DNA from: the human T2T-CHM13v2.0 reference genome, Homo sapiens
Length of the DNA stretch: 64,000 nt
Assembly: GCF_009914755.1 (NCBI RefSeq)
Contig: NC_060930.1
Direction: 5' to 3' (one strand)
Below, piece after piece: positions 57,072 to 64,000 of this stretch (position 1 is its first letter; each line of letters opens with the position of its first letter). The position numbers and the translations under genes are program-made. The notes below the pieces were generated by a model, which did no database searches, was not told the origin of the DNA, and worked only from the letters and a program-made list of their open reading frames with translations.

Positions 57072-60000
57072 TTAGGTACAGCTGGTTACAGAGGGACAAC
57101 AGACTCATTGATAATCCTGAGATCTTGCACTAACCTTCACCGTCCGTTGGGTTTCGGTACTCCTAAAATTGATGTACTGCAGGGGCTATTGCATGGTTTT
57201 ACTAGGCCTTGGGCTTTTACGTCCTTAACAATCCTTTGGAGTCCTTGTTGGGCCTTGAGTCTAAGGGGGTACTGCCTTTGGTAGGGAAAGGAGGTGGAAT
57301 CCTTCAGTTTAACTTGAACAGGATGGGCATTCTTTGCTCATCCATAGTGTCCTTCTGTTGCCCAGACTTCAGGATTAATTCCTTCCTCAAGCAGGGAACA
57401 ACAAACAGGTGTTCCTTCTCCTATGTTCAGGTGTATAATGGCCCCTGCTTTTGCTAGAATGTCTCTCCCTAACAAGGGAGTGGGGCTTTCAGGCATAATT
57501 AGAAAAGCATGTGAAAAGAGTGAAGTTCCCCAGTCACAACTTAGTTGCTGGGAGAAGTATCTAGTGACTGCCTGTCCTAGGACCCCTCGGATAGTGACAG
57601 ATCTGGAGGACAGTTGTCCGGAACAGGAGAGTAAGACTGAGAAGGCCGCGCCAGTGTCCAGGAGACAGTTAACCTCCTGGCCCTCAATGGTCACACATAC
57701 CCGGGGCTCTGTGAGGGTGATGGCATGGGCTGGCACTTGCCCCAGGCACCCTCAGTCTTGCTGCTGGATCTTCTGGTTAGTGGCTTCTGACTCAGAGGAG
57801 CTTCATCCCCTGGGGCAGTAGGCCTTCCAGTGATTCCCTTGACATAAGGGGCATGGACAAGGGGGTAGCTTATTTCTACTTGGACAATCTTCTTTAAAGT
57901 GCCCTTGTAGATCACACTGGAAGCAAGCCCTATTAGGCATTTGATTTGCCCTTTCCAGAGCCTCCAAAGTCCGCTTGCCTGAGGGCTATGACTAAAGAAG
58001 TGGCCTTTTGTTTATCCCGTTTGTCCAATCCGCCTGCTCCTCCTGATCTCTATTATAAACAACTGAGGTTGCCAAGTTCAATAGTGTTTCTAAATTTTGC
58101 TCCAGGCCTAAGGCGGACTTTTGAAGTTTTTTTTCTAATGTGTGCAGCTGACTTAAAGGATAAACTTATCCTTTAAGATTAGTTGGCCTTCAAGAGAGTC
58201 AGGTGACAGAGAGGTATGCTTCCTCAATGTCTCCCTTAGTCTCTCCAGAAAGGCCGTAGGATTTTCTTCCTTTCCCTGTGTTATAGTGGACATCATTGAA
58301 TAATTCATAGGCTTCTTCCTAGTTTTCCTTAGTCCTTCTAGCATGCAAGGTAGCAAATGTCTGTGGCACCAATCTCCATGTTCTGAATCTGTGTCCCAGT
58401 GTGGGTCTACACTGGAAACTGCCTGCTGGCCTGTGGGGAATTGTTCTCTTTCCTCTGTTGTCATCCTGTCATTGACCTGACGGAGATACCAGAGATTGCC
58501 ACACTCTTGGGCTGCAGTTTTGGTGGCACTTCTCTCATTTGGGGTTAGTGTTTGATCTAGCAGTAACATTATATGTCTCCATGTCAGATCAAAAGATTGT
58601 CCTAACCCTTGTAAAACATTAATATAGCCATCAGGGTTATCTGAGAATTTACCTAGGTCTATTTTAATTTGCTTCAACTGTGAGAGGGAAAAAGGTGCAT
58701 ACACTCTGACTGGGCTGAATTCTCCACAATACATCTTAGGGGTGTTTTTGCCTTGGGGGAAACGTTTCCCATCTGAAAAAAGAACATAAGGATGCCAGCA
58801 CCCCAGTAATTTTCCAATGAGCATTAGTCATAGAGCATCCTCTATGGTCCTAATGCTTATTACTTTCCAGGGTGCGTAACCACCCATGGACCTCTGCTTA
58901 TTGGATTAGTTAAGCTCACTGATGTGGCAGTCCTGCCCCTGTTTTCCCACCTTTCTTGACCACAAAGAAATGGGTCTGGGCTGCTGGATTCTAGTGGTCC
59001 TTTACCAGTGTGTCCAACATTGCCTTTGTGCTCAGGGGTGAGTCCTAGAGCTGGGCTGGGTTCCTGAATATTTCATAACAACCCAGCTGCCCCATCAAGA
59101 TGCATTCCCATAAACAACAGTTCTTATGCAAATTCATTTCAGAGAACGTGTAGGTAACTTTTTGAGTCAGGATTGAGTAAGTACTTGATTCTGTAAGTAC
59201 TTTAAGGCTTGGCTGAGTGCAAACAGCTTGCATGTTTGAGCAGAGCAATTATTAGGCAATTTTTCTAACTCTGCTTCCACAAGAATCTCCCTGTCAGTTA
59301 CTGAATACCCATTGTATCCTCAATCACCTGAGAGGAACCATCTATCTTCCTGTCCTGAAGGGAGTTCCTCCTAGGTCTGGTTGGACCTTTGTATGGTAAT
59401 TAAGATTTAAATCCCCTGTTAGGAAATCTGCTGGGTTAAGGGAATTATCAGTGGTTGGAGTTACATTACCTTTTTCTAACAGAATAGCCCCCATACTTTA
59501 AGATTTTTGAGTTAGTAACCTTTTTGCTTTTTTGACTTAGAATAACTCTGAACTGGTGAGGTGTGCTCACAATGAGGTTTCCTCTAAAGGTTACTTTTCT
59601 ACTTTCTTCTGTTAGCAAAGCAGTTGCCGCTACAGATTGAATGCATCCATGGGTTACTGGGTTAAGGATTTTTGATAGGAAAGCTACTGGTTTTCTGTGG
59701 TCTCAGTGTTTTCAGGCTACGCCCTTGTTTACACTGACAACAAGGTAGTATTGGAGTGTTATAGGGTCATGGAGAGGACCTTCAATTATCAATTATAGGT
59801 TTTAAATTTACGCTGGCTTTTAAAGGAGTACAGCGTACTTTTTTTTTTTTTTGCTATTTCTTTCTTTTTGACTCCCTCTGTCTCTCTCTCTCTCCTCAGT
59901 GTCTCTCTCTCCTCCATCTCTCTGTCTCTCCCCTCCGTCTCTATCTCCTCCATCCTCTCTCTCTCCTTCTCTTAGCCATTACAAACTTGGGGCCCTGGCA

Positions 60001-60651
60001 AGAGTGGGGGGAACAGGTCCCTCATAACTGCCCATGTTGAAAGCTGTATACCTAAATCGGGAGGGACACCAGGGATAAGACTCCCTGGGTTTATAGCCTA
60101 GATGCCTAAGGATGCAGCATAGAGCTTCCTTAGACCCCTTTGGAGATACAACTTGCTAGAGGAAATGAAAGTCTGAACCTTTGTACCTAGGAGGCAGGGA
60201 TCAGAGGAAGTAGATTCAGAGGTAAGGAGAATTTTGGGGCTACTCTTTCAAGAAAGTCTTGGTCAGGACCCAGAAAGTATGGGTCAGAAGGAAAGGTAAG
60301 GGTGCACACATGGGCGACTGTTGAATAGAGACTTCTGGCTGCACCATGATCTCAACCAGCTAAAGCCAGGAGTTCAGGACGTCAGCTTTCTGCCTCTAGT
60401 CAGCCCTTGGCTTCCCCAAGAAAATGGAAAGCGGAAACTGGTTCTAGGCAAGCGAATGTTCCCAACCCAGAAGGGTTGGGTGTTGTTAGAAAGACCTTCC
60501 TTCCCGAGACGGCCTCACACCTGAGTCTTAAATCTGGTGGCCATGTTAATCATTTTTAACTGGCTGACAGGTACCTGGTATTTTCCTCCAATTCTAAGGA
60601 AGGATAGGACAGAATAGCAAGGGAAAGTGTTCCAATATTGCCACTTTGGAG

Positions 60652-60669
60652 GTCCCATCTGGGTCGCCA
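60652..60669 (-). promoter_or_regulatory. Primer binding site, tRNA-Arg type
   Basis: TGGCGACCCAGATGGGAC, 2 nt after the LTR end. Confidence 0.8.
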
Positions 60670-60671
60670 AA

Positions 60672-61431
60672 TGTTACCGGGGGGTCCTTGCTCCCAGAGC
60701 TCCCAAGATGGTGGCAAGCTGCTTCCAAGATGGTGGCAAGCCTTGTGTTCTCTGACCTGGGGTTCTTGGCCTCACGGAATCCAAGGAATGGAATCTTGGG
60801 CCATGCGGTGAGTGTTATAGCTCTATTAGAAGCGGTGGGTCATGGAAGAGAACTGTGGAACCCAGTGACTAGTGTTCAGCTTGATTAGGATGAAGCCGGG
60901 CACTTGGCCGTGCAGGAACAATGGCAAGACTTTAGCCAAATTGGGAGGGGCAATGGGCCCCTCACTGGATCAGGAGCACAGCGGACACCCTGCTGGATCC
61001 AGAGGTATGGAAGTCAGTGGCGGGTCTGCGACAGCGGCAAACAGCAGTGGTGGATGGCGAGCGAAAGCTCAGTTCGAGCCGTAACAAACACGGAATGGAA
61101 GAGTGTGCAGGTGCAAGATTTAATAGAGTGAAGACAGAGCTCCCATAAAATGGGAGGGAACCTAAAGGGGGTTACCGGTGGGGGCTCGAATGCCTGGGTT
61201 TATATGCCGATCATTGTCCCTCCTGCTGTGCTCTCAGGCAATAGATGATTGGCTATTTCTTTACCTCCCGTTTTTGCCTAATTAGCATCTTAGTGAGCTC
61301 TCTTTACTACCTGATTGGTAGAGCGTGAGCTAATTTGCAAGCCCCATGTTTAAAGGTGGATGCAGTCACCTTTCCAGCTAGGCTTAGGGATTCTTAGTCG
61401 GCCTAGGAAATCCAGCTAGTCCTGTCTCTCA
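60672..61431 (-). mobile_element. HERV-W 5' LTR17 (760 nt)
   Basis: TG..CA termini, TATA-like ATATAAA, ATTAAA polyA signal, followed by the PBS. Confidence 0.9.
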
Positions 61432-63620
61432 GTGACAGGGGTCGGAGGACAGCCAGTGTACCTGGATCAAATTCTTTTATATTGACTCATGGTTAAATAT
61501 AATATAGACAAAGCCAGCATAAATTTAGTCCTGTTTAACAGCTTATTGCAAAAAAGCCTGAAGTAAAAGTACGAGCAGCTTCGCCAGCAGACATAGAGTT
61601 AAAAAGGGAGTCCAAGAAACAGCAAGAGAAGCCAGTTTTGCAGGAGCCAACAGAGATAATAGAAATTCTTTTATGTCCCAGCCTACGCCACTTTACCGAG
61701 GCCAACAGCCCCCTCAGAAACCAGATTCAGGAGCTAATACGCCCCAGGTCTCACCTCGAAGGGGAGGATTGGAGCCTCAATAGGCCAAGGAAGGAAGTCA
61801 AGATAGTCAAGTGGGCCCTCTCAGGTCTGGTCTTGCTGGAGCTATGCAAATGCCTCAGGGAGATGTGAGGACCTGTCTATTATAATGACCAGGCCCACAT
61901 CCGGGGCGGGGGCAACAGACTATCATCTATCAGCCCTTTTCAACCATCGATCTACTAAACTGGAAACACCCTGAACCCGCCACCTTGCTCCCGGCAGCTA
62001 GAGCCCTGTTGAGCATAACTGTGTAGAGGTGTTGGACTCAGTTTACTCTAGCAGACCTGACCTCCGGGACCAGCCTTGAGCATCACTAGACTGGGAGCTA
62101 TACTTGAACGGAAGCAGCTTCATCAACCCACAAGGAGAGACATGTGCAGGATATGCGGTGATAACCCTGGACTCTGTCGTTAAGCTGAGCTCATTGTGTG
62201 GGGAAAAGCAAGAGAGATCAGATTGTTACTGTGTCTGTGTAGAAAGAAGTAGACATAGGAGACTCCATTTTGTTATGTACTAAGAAAAATTCTTCTGCCT
62301 TGAGATTCTGTGACCTTACCCCCAACCCCGTGCTCTCTGAAACATGTGCTGTGTCAACTCAGAGTTGAATGGATTAAGGGCGGTGCAAGATGTGCTTTGT
62401 TAAACAGATGCTTGAAGGCAGCATGCTCCTTAAGAGTCATCACCACTCCCTAATCTCAAGTACCCAGGGACACAAAAACTGCGGAAGGCCGCAGGGACCT
62501 CTGCCTAGGAAAGCCAGGTATTGTCCAAGGTTTCTCCCCATGTGATAGTCTGAAATATGGCCTCGTGGGAAGGGAAAGACCTGACCGTCCCCCAGCCCGA
62601 CACCCGTAAAGGGTCTGTGCCGAGGAGGATTAGTAAAAGAGGAAGGAATGCCTCTTGCAGTTGAGACAAGAGGAAGGCATCTGTCTCCTGCCTGTCCCTG
62701 GGCAATGGAATGTCTCGGTATAAAACCCGATTGTATGCTCCATCTACTGAGATAGGGAAAAACCGCCTTAGGGCTGGAGGTGGGACATGCGGGCAGCAAT
62801 ACTGCTTTGTAAAGCATTGAGATGTTTATGTGTATGCATATCTAAAAGCACAGCACTTAATCCTTTACATTGTCTATGATGCAAAGACCTTTGTTCACGT
62901 GTTTGTCTGCTGACCCTCTCCCCACAATTGTCTTGTGACCCTGACACATCCCCCTCTTCGAGAAACACCCACAAATGATCAATAAATACTAAGGGAACTC
63001 AGAGGCTGGCGGGATCCTCCATATGCTGAACGCTGGTTCCCCGGGTCCCCTTATTTCTTTCTCTATACTTTGTCTCTGTGTCTTTTTCTTTTCCAAATCT
63101 CTCGTCCCACCTTACGAGAAACACCCACAGGTGTGGAGGGGCAACCCACCCCTACATCATTGCTTTAATTTAGGCCTTAGAACTCAGTGAAGGTAAGACT
63201 GTAAACATTTACACTGACTCTCGGTAGGCCTGTTTAACCCTCCAAGTGCATGGAGAATTATATAAAGAAAAGGGCCTGTTAAACTTTAGGAAAAAGACCC
63301 AGAGAATGCAACTCAGCTTCAGCGTTTTCAGAGGTACCAAGAGGCACTTCTGCAGAGGCTAAGAGTTAGTAGAAAAAAAGCAATTAATATAAAAAAGATT
63401 TCAGAAGTGCTTCAAGGAGCTGACAAGAGCCTAAGTCAGTTTTATAAGAGACTCTATAAAGCATTCTGACTTTACACCCCATTTAACCCTGAGGCTGCTG
63501 AAAATCAGTATACAGTGAATACTTCATTTGTAAAGCAAGCCCAGGGTAACATCAAGCAGAAGCTGCAGGCATGAATACCACCTAGTCTTTAAAAGGTGTA
63601 TGTTAACTGTGACCAAGGAA
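61432..63620 (+). mobile_element. Degenerate gammaretrovirus-like (ERV1) internal sequence with gag and RNase H remnants
   Basis: DQ..YIDSWL (MA), YQPFSTIDLLNWK (CA), WELY.NGSSF...CAGYAV and LELSEGKTVNIYTDSR (RNase H), then gag CA again. Confidence 0.7.
62197..63156 (+). mobile_element. HERV-K(HML-2) solo LTR5_Hs
   Basis: tgtggggaaaagcaagagagatcagattg...cccacccctaca, 960 nt; perfect TSD tcattg 62191-62196 / 63157-63162. Confidence 0.95.
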
Positions 63621-64000
63621 CAAAACTGGAAAGAGCAAAAGCAACAAGCATGGAAGCTAGGCACGCCAAGGATTAAGTCCCTCTCCCCAGCCTGGCTCTA
63701 AAAAAGGAGCCAGGGACTGGAGCTGGGAAAAGAGCAAAAGAAAAAGAAAGACTAAGAGTAAGTGTGAAAAAGAGAATCAGCAGAAAACAGGAGAGACAGA
63801 CAGCAGTACGCGGGGGCAGGGCCCGTGCCATTGCCCGGCCCTGCCAGCTGGCTGTAGGATCAGGGAGGAAAAAAAATTAATTAAAGTTTAAGGAAAAAAA
63901 AAAAAGGCAATCTGTTGGCAACAGCTCTTACAAAAAGAGAGATTAGCAATGTGAGGGATGTGGATGTGGATGTAGATGTGGAAGAAGTCAAGTTAGGCAA

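Noticed and set aside
59870-59970. CT-rich tract
   Set aside because: The usual AG-rich stretch of the HERV-W leader.
60652-60669. tRNA gene
   Set aside because: Only 18 nt of tRNA complementarity; this is the retroviral primer binding site.

Overview
Primate, almost certainly human, genomic DNA from the alpha-class glutathione S-transferase (GSTA) tandem cluster, with all genes on the minus strand. It holds one intact gene, GSTA3: six coding exons at 36327-45356 give 222 aa, and the non-coding exon 1 lies near 49153-49215. It also holds a complete but multiply disabled paralogue (about 12460-33390, probably GSTA10P) and exon 2 plus intron remnants of a second pseudogene (1-12450, probably GSTA11P). 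Repeats are dense: a full-length chimeric L1PA with a nested AluYa5 and a 3' transduction, a truncated L1 in GSTA3 intron 1, many Alus, THE1/MST/MLT1 LTRs, LTR5A inside MER4, an LTR10 with an AP-1 repeat array inside GSTA3, a deleted HERV-W provirus, and LTR5_Hs inside a scrambled ERV1. I found no wholly new biological system. The most interesting observations are the head-to-tail fusion of the two pseudogenes, the switch from HNF1/TATA to SF-1 motifs in the GSTA3 promoter, the L1 structure, and the LTR10 array. Repeat subfamily names and pseudogene symbols come from memory, not from a database search.
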